A DNA stretch of 64,000 nucleotides. It comes from Clostridia bacterium (GTDB taxonomy: Bacteria > Bacillota > Clostridia > Oscillospirales > CAG-382). The notes beneath the pieces were generated by a model, which saw only the letters and a program-made list of their open reading frames with translations, ran no database searches and was not told where the DNA came from. The DNA is taken from positions 65,928 to 129,927 of the forward strand of contig JAFYPA010000052.1 in NCBI GenBank assembly GCA_017560085.1, in the 5' to 3' direction. This document shows, piece after piece, positions 7,729-16,789 of the stretch (position 1 is the stretch's first letter; each line of letters begins with the position of its first letter). Position numbers and translations under genes: made by a program.

Positions 7729-9609
7729 TCAGGTTGCAAAGCCTGCGTACTGCGACTTGTAAAGATTGAAATATGCACCCTGCTTTTCGATAAGCTCCTC
7801 GTGGCTTCCGCATTCCGCAACCTTACCGCCGTCAACGACTATAATCATATCGGCGTCCTTGATGGTGGAAAGTCTGTGAGCGATTATGAGGCTTGTTCTG
7901 CCCTTGAGAAGCGTTGCAAAGGCGTTCTGGATATGCACCTCTGTTCTTGTATCAACGCTGGAGGTTGCCTCGTCAAGAATAAGAATCTTGGGGTCTGCAA
8001 TAAAGGCACGGGCAATGGAGAGAAGCTGTCTCTGTCCCTGAGAGAGGTTTCCGCCGCCCTCGGAAAGGACGGTATCGTAGCCTTCGGGAAGATGCTCGAT
8101 GAAGGAGGCGATGTTTGCGCTCTTTGCCGCCGCATAGATTTCCTCGTCGGTTGCACTCTGGTTGCCGTACTTTATGTTGTTCTTTATGGTATCCGAGAAG
8201 AGAACGGTATCCTGAAGAACGATGGCGATATTCTTACGGAGGGATTCCTTGGAGATATCGTTGATGTTTCTGCCGTCAAGAAGAATTTCACCGCTGTCAA
8301 GCTCATAGAAGCGGGTAAGAAGGTTTGCGACGGTAGTTTTACCCGCACCCGTCTTACCTACGATTGCAATTTTCTGTCCCGGCTTTACCTTAAGGTCAAA
8401 GCCCTTGAGCACGGGCTCGCCCTTAACATAGGAGAACACGAGGTTATTGAAGTCGAGATTACCACTTATATTGCTTTCGTTTATTTCAAACTTACCCTCA
8501 TCGATTTCGGGATCGGCATCGAGAATTTCGAATACTCTTTCCGCACCTGCGATAGCTGTCTGAATTGCTGCATACTGGTTTGCGATTTCGTTTATAGGTC
8601 TTGAGAACTGCTTGGAGTAGAGAAGGAACGCCTGAATAACGCCGACGGTAATTGCACCCTCTGTTCCCGCTGTCTTGATGGCAAGATAACCGCCTATTGC
8701 CGCAACGAGAAGGTAGCCGAGGTTTCCGATTACGTTCATAAGCGGACCCATTACGCCGCCGAAGATGTTAGCCTTTATACCTGCCTTGGAGAGCTTACGG
8801 CTGACAACGGAGAATTCTTCAACATTCTTATCCTCTCTGCCGAAGGCGATAACCGTCTTGAAGCCGTTTACAGATTCCTCAACCTCGCTATTTAACTCGC
8901 CAAGTAACGTCTGCTGCTGCTTGAAGAAACGGCGCATAAACTTGGAAAGCTTCATTGTAACAAGGAGCGTGAGCGGAATTGTAATCATACTTACAAGCGT
9001 CATAAGAGGGCTGTAGGAAAGCATGATTATAAGTGTACCCACAATGGTAATAATGCCGGAGAACAGCGAGCCTATGGACTGTGAAATAGTCATAGAAATG
9101 TTTTCCGTATCGTTGGAAAGACGGCTCATTATGTCACCGTGGCGGTGTGTATCAAAGAAGCCTATAGGGAGCTTTTCAAGCTTTGAGAAAAGGTCGAGTC
9201 TGAGTGTTCGTACCGTTGACTGTGAAAGCTTTGCGGAGTAAATTCCCTGGAAGTAGGAAAGAAGCGCGCTTGCGATATAAACGATTGCCATAAGGGTGAG
9301 CATTGTCCTGAGTGTTGCAAAGTCTACGCTCTTTCCCGTTTCGAAGACCATAATTGCGTCAATCGCCTTCTGCTGAAGTGCGGGGCCCGCAAGGCTCAGA
9401 AGGGTTGTGATAACCATAATCGCAAGGAGTCCGAGAACAACATATTTACTCTTGCCGATGTATGCTATGAGCTTTTTGAGAGTTCCGCGGGTGTCCTTGG
9501 GCTTCTCCATCATAAGCATCGCACCGTGAGGACCGCCCGGTCTTCCTCCGGGTCTGCCGGGACCTCCCGGGCCCTGCGGAGCTGTATCTTTTCTTGGTGT
9601 ATTGTTCAT
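7729..9609 (-). CDS. ABC exporter, fused permease/ATPase subunit (heterodimer partner 2)
   Basis: Six predicted TM helices followed by an NBD with Walker A GKTGAGKTT, signature LSQGQRQLL and Walker B ILILDEATS. The N-terminal tail is Gly/Pro-rich. Confidence 0.9.
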   Translation of the reverse strand: MNNTPRKDTAPQGPGGPGRPGGRPGGPHGAMLMMEKPKDTRGTLKKLIAYIGKSKYVVLGLLAIMVITTLLSLAGPALQQKAIDAIMVFETGKSVDFATLRTMLTLMAIVYIASALLSYFQGIYSAKLSQSTVRTLRLDLFSKLEKLPIGFFDTHRHGDIMSRLSNDTENISMTISQSIGSLFSGIITIVGTLIIMLSYSPLMTLVSMITIPLTLLVTMKLSKFMRRFFKQQQTLLGELNSEVEESVNGFKTVIAFGREDKNVEEFSVVSRKLSKAGIKANIFGGVMGPLMNVIGNLGYLLVAAIGGYLAIKTAGTEGAITVGVIQAFLLYSKQFSRPINEIANQYAAIQTAIAGAERVFEILDADPEIDEGKFEINESNISGNLDFNNLVFSYVKGEPVLKGFDLKVKPGQKIAIVGKTGAGKTTVANLLTRFYELDSGEILLDGRNINDISKESLRKNIAIVLQDTVLFSDTIKNNIKYGNQSATDEEIYAAAKSANIASFIEHLPEGYDTVLSEGGGNLSQGQRQLLSIARAFIADPKILILDEATSSVDTRTEVHIQNAFATLLKGRTSLIIAHRLSTIKDADMIIVVDGGKVAECGSHEELIEKQGAYFNLYKSQYAGFAT

Positions 9610-9655
9610 TTGTATATTCCTTTCAAATCAAATACTTTAGAAATGTCCGCAGACC

Positions 9656-11371
9656 TTACTCTTTGGAAAGCTGGGAATTGTAGATGTCTATGTATACCTC
9701 GTTATTTTCGAGAAGCTCCGCGTGTGTACCGCTTCCAACGATTCTGCCGCCGTCAAGCACGAAGATTCTGTCGCAGTTCTTGACGCTGGCGATTCTCTGT
9801 GCAATCATAATAACGGTGGTTTCGGAAAGGTTTTCACGAAGTGCCGCGTGGAGTCTTGCTTCTGTGCCGAGGTCAAGTGCGGATGTGCTGTCGTCAAAGA
9901 TAAGCACCTCGGGCTTCTTCATAATGGAGCGGGCAATGGAGATTCTCTGCTTCTGACCGCCTGAAAGCGATGCGCCCTTTTCGCCGATGATTGTGTTGTA
10001 ATCATCGTTGAAGCCCATAATGAAGTCGTCCGCCTGAGCGATTTTTGCACACTTCTTTACTTCCTCAAGGTCAGCCGTTTCGTCGCCCCACTTGATGTTC
10101 TCCTCGATTGTTCCGGAGAAAAGCTCGCTCTTCTGAAGAACATAGCCGATTTTCTTACGGAGAGAGGAAAGTGTGTATTCCTTTACGTTTACGCCGTTAA
10201 TGAGAATTTCACCGGAGCAAACGTCATAGTATCTTGCAATAAGAGCAACAAGGGAGGTCTTACCCGAGCCCGTAGAGCCGAGGATGGCAACCGTCTCGCC
10301 CTTGGTGAGCTTGAAGTCAACATCGGCGAGAATATCGTTTCCGCTTGTGCCGGGGTACTTGAAGGAAACATTTCTGAATTCGATTTCCGTGATTTCGCCC
10401 GTGAGCTCCTTGTCACCGCCCTTGATAACGGGGTCTGTGTCAAGCACCTCGCTGATTCTGCCTGCGGAAGCTGAGGCGCGGGAAATCATCTGGAACATCA
10501 TTGTTATCATCATTACGGAGAAAAGAATCTGTGTAACGTATGTTACCGCAGACATAACCTTACCTACCTGCAATGCTCCCGCCTGCACCTGAAGACCGCC
10601 GATGTAAATGATTGCGATAACAGCCGCATTCATTACTATCATAATAACGGGATTCATAAGGGCAAGGATGAACTGAACTCGAAGGTTTGTGGTACAAAGG
10701 TCGTCGTTTGCGTTGCCGAATCTCTTGGTTTCGTGCTCCTCACGAACATATGCCTTTACTACTCTTGCGCCTGTTACATTTTCCATAACAACCGAGTTGA
10801 GCTTGTCAAGCTTTTCCTGAACAACCTTGAACATGGGGTTAGTCTTGATAACTATAAGCACAACACCGAGAAGCATTAAGGGAAGACAGATAGCAACAAC
10901 CGTAGCAAAGCTCAGGTTAAGTCCGAGCATCATAATGATACCGCCGACAAAGAACATAGGCGAGCGCACGAACATACGGAGAAGGAAGTTCATAAACTGC
11001 TGTACCTGCTGTATATCGTTGGTGATTCTTGTAACAAGAGAGCCTGTGGTGAACTTATCCGTCTGCTCGGGAGAAAGGCTCATTACCTTTTTGTAGGTAT
11101 CGCATCTTACATCGTTTCCGAAGTTCTGCGATGCAATGGAGCCGAATGCCGCCGCAAGTATACCCGACAGACCGCCGACTATTGACAGAAGCACCATAAA
11201 GATACCCGTTTTTATTACAAGCTCAAGATTTCCCTTGAGTACACCCTCATCCACAATGGTCGCCATGAGCTTGGGGAGCTGAAGGTCGATGAAAACCTCG
11301 GAAATCATCGTGATGGGTGCAAGAAGCGCAATAAACCAGTAGCGCTTCATGTAGACAAACATTTTTTTCAT
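9656..11371 (-). CDS. ABC exporter, fused permease/ATPase subunit (heterodimer partner 1)
   Basis: TMD plus NBD with Walker A GSTGSGKTS, signature LSGGQKQRI and Walker B VLIFDDSTS. Confidence 0.9.
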   Translation of the reverse strand: MKKMFVYMKRYWFIALLAPITMISEVFIDLQLPKLMATIVDEGVLKGNLELVIKTGIFMVLLSIVGGLSGILAAAFGSIASQNFGNDVRCDTYKKVMSLSPEQTDKFTTGSLVTRITNDIQQVQQFMNFLLRMFVRSPMFFVGGIIMMLGLNLSFATVVAICLPLMLLGVVLIVIKTNPMFKVVQEKLDKLNSVVMENVTGARVVKAYVREEHETKRFGNANDDLCTTNLRVQFILALMNPVIMIVMNAAVIAIIYIGGLQVQAGALQVGKVMSAVTYVTQILFSVMMITMMFQMISRASASAGRISEVLDTDPVIKGGDKELTGEITEIEFRNVSFKYPGTSGNDILADVDFKLTKGETVAILGSTGSGKTSLVALIARYYDVCSGEILINGVNVKEYTLSSLRKKIGYVLQKSELFSGTIEENIKWGDETADLEEVKKCAKIAQADDFIMGFNDDYNTIIGEKGASLSGGQKQRISIARSIMKKPEVLIFDDSTSALDLGTEARLHAALRENLSETTVIMIAQRIASVKNCDRIFVLDGGRIVGSGTHAELLENNEVYIDIYNSQLSKE

Positions 11372-11404
11372 TTTCTTTCCTCACATCTGTATATTTGACT
11401 CAAA

Positions 11405-11884
11405 TTAAGTACTTGTCTTTTCGGAGCTCTTATCCACAACTCTTTCCCTCACCTTCAAGAGAAGGGCGCGAAGCTGCTCTGTTTCCTCCTCGGTCAGTGC
11501 TCCGTTGAGCATTGCATCGTACCTGGAAAATACCGCAAACATTGCCATTGCCGTATCACGGCCCTTTTCCGTAAGGGATACTATTGTCCTTCGCTGGTCG
11601 TCCGAGTCGGTTTTTCTTGTTACAAAGCCGTCCGCTTCCATCTTCTGAAGCGACACGCTGACGGTCGGAGGCTTTATTCCCACAAGCCTTGCAAGCTCAA
11701 GCTGGCTTATTCCGTTGTTTCCCGCAAGGTGGAACAGTATTGCTCTGTAGCCGTTGGGGATTCCGCTCGCATCGTTCTCGCGGTTTATCGCCTCGGCAAG
11801 AACAAGGGCTATATCACCTATTACCATATTTACGGAAAGACCTTCGCCGCAGTTGCCTCTGCAGTTGTTTATTATTTCATTCAT
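11405..11884 (-). CDS. MarR-family transcriptional regulator
   Basis: Winged-HTH segment LARLVGIKPPTVSVSLQKMEADGFVTRKTDSDDQRRTIVSLTEKG. It is the first gene of the MarR-ABC-ABC operon. Confidence 0.85.
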   Translation of the reverse strand: MNEIINNCRGNCGEGLSVNMVIGDIALVLAEAINRENDASGIPNGYRAILFHLAGNNGISQLELARLVGIKPPTVSVSLQKMEADGFVTRKTDSDDQRRTIVSLTEKGRDTAMAMFAVFSRYDAMLNGALTEEETEQLRALLLKVRERVVDKSSEKTST

Positions 11885-12096
11885 AATGATTCCTTTCGGT
11901 TTACCGTATCAAAAATTCCAACATTTTACATTATACTCCTTCTTTTCGGAAAATGCAATAATGATAGCATAATTTTCATCAAATTTTCAGATTTCTTTAT
12001 ATGCCGTATACACTTTGAGGGTGGTCAGCTTTGATACACTCGGGCGGATTTTCGGAAAACTTGGTCGTTTTGTGCTAAAATTTGGCGTTTTCTCCA

Positions 12097-12125
12097 TTTA
12101 CAAATGCATTTTTTTGCGGTAGAAT
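12097..12125 (+). promoter_or_regulatory. Candidate promoter for the isomerase/WbsX-like operon
   Basis: TTTACA (12097-12102), 17 nt, TAGAAT (12120-12125). Confidence 0.4.
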
Positions 12126-12195
12126 AGGTGCATATAAAACAAAACAGGTCTATGCTGTTATGTGCTTAAAGCAGGACAGCGGAAAGGAAATAATT

Positions 12196-13635
12196 ATGGC
12201 ATACATCAGAAAGCCGAAAATTGGTATTGTATCTCTCGGTCACAAGGTTTACTGGCCTCAGTTTGAAGGTCTTTACGAGGAGCTCTCGGAGAAGGCGGGA
12301 GAGTTCGCAAAGTATTTCAAGAATTCGGACGTTGTTTACGCGGGCTTTGCGGATGACGTTGATTCCGCATACGAAGCGGTGCAGAAGCTCAAGAAGGAGG
12401 ACATTGATGCTCTTTTCCTTGTTATGACAACCTATGTTATAAGTGCGGTTGCCGCTCCCTTTGCGATTTATCTTGACGTACCTCAGGTTCTTGTGGGCAT
12501 TCAGCCTCTTAACCACCTTGACTATCAGAAGACAACCACATATATGCAGCTTTGCAACGACGATATCTGCGCTATGCCCGAGGTTGCGGGTGTTTACGAA
12601 AGACTCGGCAAGAAGATGCCCAAGTTCCTTATCGCAACAAGCAGTGAAAAAGAAAAGATTGCACACAAGGTAGAAACCTTTGAAAAGGCACTCACCGCTA
12701 AGGCGGCATTCAAGTATGCAAAGATAGGCTATCTCGGACACACATACGAGGGTATGTATGATATGCACACAGACCCCACTGCGTTCTCCAGAACCTTCGG
12801 TGCTCACGTAAAGATGCTTGAAATGTGTGAGCTTCGTGAGTATGTAAACGCGGCGGACGACATAAGAATCAAGGAAAAGATTGAGGAAATCAAGAGAACC
12901 TTCGACATCAAGGAGCCCTCAAACGACCCTCTCACAGACTATGTAAAGGACGCAGACCTTGAATGGTCGGCAAGATGTGCGGTAGGTCTTGACGAGCTTA
13001 TTGCGAGAAACGGACTTACGGGTCTTGCATACTACTACAAGGGTGAAAACGGCAACGAATACGAAAACATCGGTGCAAACCTTATTCTCGGAAACACGCT
13101 TCTCACAAGCTCGGGCATTCCGCTTGCGGGCGAGGCTGACCTTAAGACCTGTGCGGCAATGCTCATAATGAACAGAGTCGGCGGTGGCGGTTCCTTTGCG
13201 GAGCTTCATCCCTTTGACTGCGAGGACGACATCTGTCTTATCGGTCACGACGGACCCCATCACATCGGTATTTCCGACAAGAAGCCGATTCTCCGTAAGC
13301 TCAAGAAGTTCCACGGCAAGAGCGGCAGCGGTATCGGTGTTGAATTCAACATCAAGGCAGGTCCCATAAGCCTTCTCTCCTGCTCTGTTACAAAGGAAGG
13401 CAAGATGAAGATGATTCTCGGTAAGGGTGAGTCCATTTCCGGTGCGATTCCCCAGACGGGTAACACAAACACAAGATGTAAGTTCGGCTGCGGAGTTGAG
13501 GACTTCATTGAAAGATGGTGTAACGAGGGTCCGACACATCATCTTGCACTCGGTACGGGTGACAACACAGAGGCAATTGAGCTGTTCTGTGATATTATGG
13601 ATATCGAGCTTCGCAAGGTTATGCTTGACAAATAA
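12196..13635 (+). CDS. L-arabinose isomerase-family sugar isomerase
   Basis: Start moved to ATG 12196 (MAYIRKPK, SD GGAAAGGAAA). The segment PLAGEADLKTCAAMLIM..GGGGSFAELHPFD..LIGHDGPHH parallels the E. coli AraA segment GFAGEGDWKTAALLRIM..GGTSFMEDY..VLGSHMLE. Confidence 0.7.
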   Translation: MAYIRKPKIGIVSLGHKVYWPQFEGLYEELSEKAGEFAKYFKNSDVVYAGFADDVDSAYEAVQKLKKEDIDALFLVMTTYVISAVAAPFAIYLDVPQVLVGIQPLNHLDYQKTTTYMQLCNDDICAMPEVAGVYERLGKKMPKFLIATSSEKEKIAHKVETFEKALTAKAAFKYAKIGYLGHTYEGMYDMHTDPTAFSRTFGAHVKMLEMCELREYVNAADDIRIKEKIEEIKRTFDIKEPSNDPLTDYVKDADLEWSARCAVGLDELIARNGLTGLAYYYKGENGNEYENIGANLILGNTLLTSSGIPLAGEADLKTCAAMLIMNRVGGGGSFAELHPFDCEDDICLIGHDGPHHIGISDKKPILRKLKKFHGKSGSGIGVEFNIKAGPISLLSCSVTKEGKMKMILGKGESISGAIPQTGNTNTRCKFGCGVEDFIERWCNEGPTHHLALGTGDNTEAIELFCDIMDIELRKVMLDK

Positions 13636-13656
13636 TTTTCTTCGGAGGAAAAGACT

Positions 13657-14865
13657 ATGTACAATATAAAGCTTGAAAACTACGTTCCCGAGCCAAAGCC
13701 CGCCACAAGCGACAGAATTGTTGCGGCTCACTACTATGCGGCGTGGAAGAAGGGCGCGGCAAGAATTCACGAGGCCTTTGACGACCTTCACGACTACCCC
13801 GAAAGAACACCTCTGCACGGCTACTACGACGAGGAAAATCCCGAGCTCTGCGACTGGGAAATCAAGTGGGCACTTGAGCACGGCATCAACTGCTTTATTT
13901 ACTGCTGGTACAGAAATCTCGACAATATGGGCAAGCCCATAACGGTAAACGATTTAAGATGCGGTCATTGTCTGCACGAGGCTCTTTTCAATGCAAAATA
14001 CGGCAAGATGATGAAGTTTGCCATTATGTTCGAGAACAGCCCCAGATGGGGTACTACAGACCCCGAGGACATTATCGAAAACGTTATGCCCTTCTGGATG
14101 GAAAACTACTTCAAGAGAGAAAACTATCTTATTATAGATAACAAGCCGGTTGTATTCGTATTCTCCGCACAGAGACTTCTTGAGGCACTCGGCGGAATTG
14201 AAGGACAGGCAAAGGCATTTGAGGCCTGCCGCGAATACGCAAGAAAGCACGGCTTTGACGGTATGCTCTTTGCAAAGCAGGACTGGCACACAAGTGAGCA
14301 GATTGTAAAGGATGACATTGCAAGCGGATATGATATACGCTTCGGTTACAACTCAGGTTATGCCGCACCCTACAACTTCCCGCCTGAGGAGGATGTTGTC
14401 AATGCTCAGCTTGCGCTTCTTCGCAAGAAAATCAATGATTTCCCTATGGGATTCGTTCCGACTGCAAGCTGCTTCAGCGATGCAACCCCCAGAACAACAC
14501 AGCACTGGATTGATATGGGCTACGGCTTCCACAAGCAGACAATTTACTATCTCTCCCCCGATAACTACAGAAGGGTTATCCGCAAGATGAAGGCTCTTAC
14601 CGATTCGCTTCCCGAGGGCTCATACGGAAAGAAGATATTTATGATTGACAACTGGAACGAATGGGACGAGGGTCACTATGTTTCACCCAGCCACGAGTTC
14701 GGCTTCCGCTATCTTCAGGCTATCCGCGAGGAGCTGACAGCACGCGACAATCTTCCCGACTACAGAATGCCGCAGGATATAGGACTTTCCAACTTCAACA
14801 AGTCCTGGGGCAATCCCGATCTTTCCGAGCAGTGCAAGAAGAAGTTTGGGGTTGAATACAAATAA
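13657..14865 (+). CDS. WbsX / GH99-like glycan-processing protein (no signal peptide)
   Basis: The N-terminal pattern AAHYYAAW...PLHGYYDEENPELCDWEIKWALEHGINCFIYCWY resembles the WbsX-family pattern (FYLPQFH...GFYDL...EYGIDGFCYYHYWF) from memory. Confidence 0.5.
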   Translation: MYNIKLENYVPEPKPATSDRIVAAHYYAAWKKGAARIHEAFDDLHDYPERTPLHGYYDEENPELCDWEIKWALEHGINCFIYCWYRNLDNMGKPITVNDLRCGHCLHEALFNAKYGKMMKFAIMFENSPRWGTTDPEDIIENVMPFWMENYFKRENYLIIDNKPVVFVFSAQRLLEALGGIEGQAKAFEACREYARKHGFDGMLFAKQDWHTSEQIVKDDIASGYDIRFGYNSGYAAPYNFPPEEDVVNAQLALLRKKINDFPMGFVPTASCFSDATPRTTQHWIDMGYGFHKQTIYYLSPDNYRRVIRKMKALTDSLPEGSYGKKIFMIDNWNEWDEGHYVSPSHEFGFRYLQAIREELTARDNLPDYRMPQDIGLSNFNKSWGNPDLSEQCKKKFGVEYK

Positions 14866-14876
14866 TTGCGCAATAT

Positions 14877-14907
14877 GGCGGTGTACCTCGGTATGCCGTC
14901 TTTTTTT
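14877..14907 (+). terminator. Intrinsic terminator after the WbsX-like gene
   Basis: GGCGGTGTACC / GGTATGCCGTC stem (with G-U pairs) followed by TTTTTTT. Confidence 0.65.
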
Positions 14908-14910
14908 ATG

Positions 14911-14945
14911 CAAAAACGGTGCCGTATCGCAATGACACAGCACCG
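14911..14945 (-). terminator. Intrinsic terminator after the distal GH-A-like paralog
   Basis: The minus strand reads CGGTGC, loop, GCACCG, then TTTTTG. It starts 9 nt after the stop at 14954. Confidence 0.55.
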
Positions 14946-14953
14946 AAGGCATT

Positions 14954-16648
14954 TTATTTTTTCTTGTTTATTGACATAACCTTAAAGTAGTCGCCCTTTA
15001 CATTTCTTATTGCAGATTCCTTGAGGTATCTTGCACCAAAGCCAAGGGTTGTTGCGATGGTGGATGCAATCTGATTTTCCTTTGAGGGAACGAAGTCTGC
15101 CGTTTCGCCTCTGTATACTCTGTAGTAGCAGTGGAGCTTGTCGTTTACGGCATTCCATGTGAGCATATTCTTGTTCTTGTCGAATTTTACGTTTGTTGCG
15201 TATACATCGGGTCTGTCGATGTAGTCGGTTGTGAATACTGTTACGGATTCGGGGAGAAGCGTATATGTGAGGTTAAGCTCATCGTCAAGAGAGATTCTTG
15301 CGCTTTCGTCCTGAAGGTCACCGAACTCGTTCATGGGGACATTGTGGGAATCGTATTCGTACACCTTGAAGGGCTGAAGGTCCTCTGCGTGCTTTATTGC
15401 AAGGTTGAGCCTGAGCTCCTTCTTTTCCTTGGCACGGTTAACTATTGTTATGGAAACATTACCGTCCTTATGGAGAAGAGCCGCACTACGGAGCATATAA
15501 TCACCGCAGTCCACGTCAAGCACCTTGGAGTTACGCTTCATATACTTTGTGACGATACCGAGGCACCAGTACATTTCACGCACGGAATAATCTCCGTCGT
15601 CCTCCCACTTCATAAGACCGCACTTGTTGTACTTTGTGTCCTGTGTCTGGGAGATGTATCTTTCCGCCTTGCCCCATTCCTTTGCGTACTCGTCGTTTTC
15701 GGCGTAGTGGCAGACATAGGGGTCGGGATAGTCGGAGTATGTCCAGTATACGAGGTTGAGAACGCCCGCATTGATTGCGGCAAGAGCGCCCTCGGTATAG
15801 GCAAGAGCGGCATATGCGCCCTCTCCGTTGTAGTTGTAGTTTGTTACGTCCTTGATGACACCGGGAAGGAAGCAATAGGAGGATTCCTTGATGTCATTCT
15901 TACCCTCTCCGCTCTTGAAGCCGAATTCACCTATGATAAGACGCTTGCCTGCCGCACCATTACAGCGGATACATTTCATAACACAGTCAAGGCAATGCTT
16001 TCTGAACCAGTCGTAAAATTCAAGGCTGTAAATATCGTGGCTTGAAACATAATGATGTGTGCAGAAGTCCTCGGTTATGGATGACATTTCGTTTATGGCA
16101 TAATCAATGGTAGTCCAGGGAGGCGTGCAGGATTCATCCGTGGACAGAAGTCCCACATAAAGCTCTCTGTTCTGGAATGCACGGTAGAGATGTGTGTGGT
16201 AGGTCTTGAAAAGATCCATATTCTTTTTGAGAACACCGTGATTTGCACAGGAAAGCTCGTTTGAGAAGCAATAGTATCTTATCTGCTTTACATTTCTTTC
16301 GTTTATGAGGTAGTCAAGCTTTTCCGCAACCTTCTGTGCGTATTCCCATCTTTCCTCGTCGCAAAAGTGCTGTTTACCCATTGCGGAAGCGAGATAAATG
16401 GGAGTGTCGGTAACCTTCTGCATTCTTTCGTAGTAGTCAGCAAAGGTATCCATACTGTCCTTTGACCAGTCGGAGAAGCCTCCGAAGGTACGCATAAATG
16501 CGGGAGAAATTTCGTGGTAGCACTTTGCGAGCTTCTGGTCGAAGTGCTCCTTTTCGGTGAGTCTGTAGAAGTGCCATTCGCTGTTGTGGAAGCCGAGTCC
16601 GCCAAAGAGGCTGGGGAACTGCGGGCGGGTTATTTTCATATTGGGCAT
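14954..16648 (-). CDS. Clan GH-A-like (beta/alpha)8 glycoside hydrolase with C-terminal Fn3-like domain, paralog 1 (cytoplasmic)
   Basis: Start moved to ATG 16648 (MPNMKITRPQF, SD AAAGGAG), matching the paralog N-terminus MSTNMKITRPDF. YYCFSNE (Asn-Glu acid/base) and IIGEFG (nucleophile Glu) are spaced as in clan GH-A enzymes. There is no signal peptide. Confidence 0.5.
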   Translation of the reverse strand: MPNMKITRPQFPSLFGGLGFHNSEWHFYRLTEKEHFDQKLAKCYHEISPAFMRTFGGFSDWSKDSMDTFADYYERMQKVTDTPIYLASAMGKQHFCDEERWEYAQKVAEKLDYLINERNVKQIRYYCFSNELSCANHGVLKKNMDLFKTYHTHLYRAFQNRELYVGLLSTDESCTPPWTTIDYAINEMSSITEDFCTHHYVSSHDIYSLEFYDWFRKHCLDCVMKCIRCNGAAGKRLIIGEFGFKSGEGKNDIKESSYCFLPGVIKDVTNYNYNGEGAYAALAYTEGALAAINAGVLNLVYWTYSDYPDPYVCHYAENDEYAKEWGKAERYISQTQDTKYNKCGLMKWEDDGDYSVREMYWCLGIVTKYMKRNSKVLDVDCGDYMLRSAALLHKDGNVSITIVNRAKEKKELRLNLAIKHAEDLQPFKVYEYDSHNVPMNEFGDLQDESARISLDDELNLTYTLLPESVTVFTTDYIDRPDVYATNVKFDKNKNMLTWNAVNDKLHCYYRVYRGETADFVPSKENQIASTIATTLGFGARYLKESAIRNVKGDYFKVMSINKKK

Positions 16649-16689
16649 GGGAGGGTCTCCTTTGGTTTGATGTTTTGGGGAAGTGGGAT

Positions 16690-16724
16690 TCATAATGCAT
16701 AATGCATAATGCATAATGCATAAT
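16690..16724 (-). repeat. Tandem heptamer array, 5 copies (mRNA strand AUUAUGC x4 + AUUAUGA)
   Basis: The plus strand reads TCATAAT GCATAAT GCATAAT GCATAAT GCATAAT, 42 nt upstream of ATG 16648. Confidence 0.9.
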
Positions 16725-16732
16725 CGAGGTTG

Positions 16733-16763
16733 ATTGCAAAGAATTCTGCGAATTCTTTGCAAT
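16733..16763. repeat. Perfect 14-bp inverted repeat with 3-nt spacer (operator or RNA hairpin)
   Basis: ATTGCAAAGAATTC tgc GAATTCTTTGCAAT lies between the two GH-A-like paralogs. No U-run follows it on the mRNA strand. Confidence 0.85.
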
Positions 16764-16789
16764 CTTCATTGATTTTAAATTGCTTTGGG

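Noticed and set aside
7801-8604. 267-aa plus-strand ORF antisense to the ABC exporter
   Set aside because: The opposite strand encodes an unmistakable NBD (Walker A, signature, Walker B). The antisense product has no motifs.
12166-13881. Minus-strand ORFs 12166-12807 and 12919-13881 antisense to the isomerase and WbsX-like genes
   Set aside because: The sense frames have SD sites and family-specific motifs. The antisense frames are Val/Cys/Leu-rich with alternative starts.
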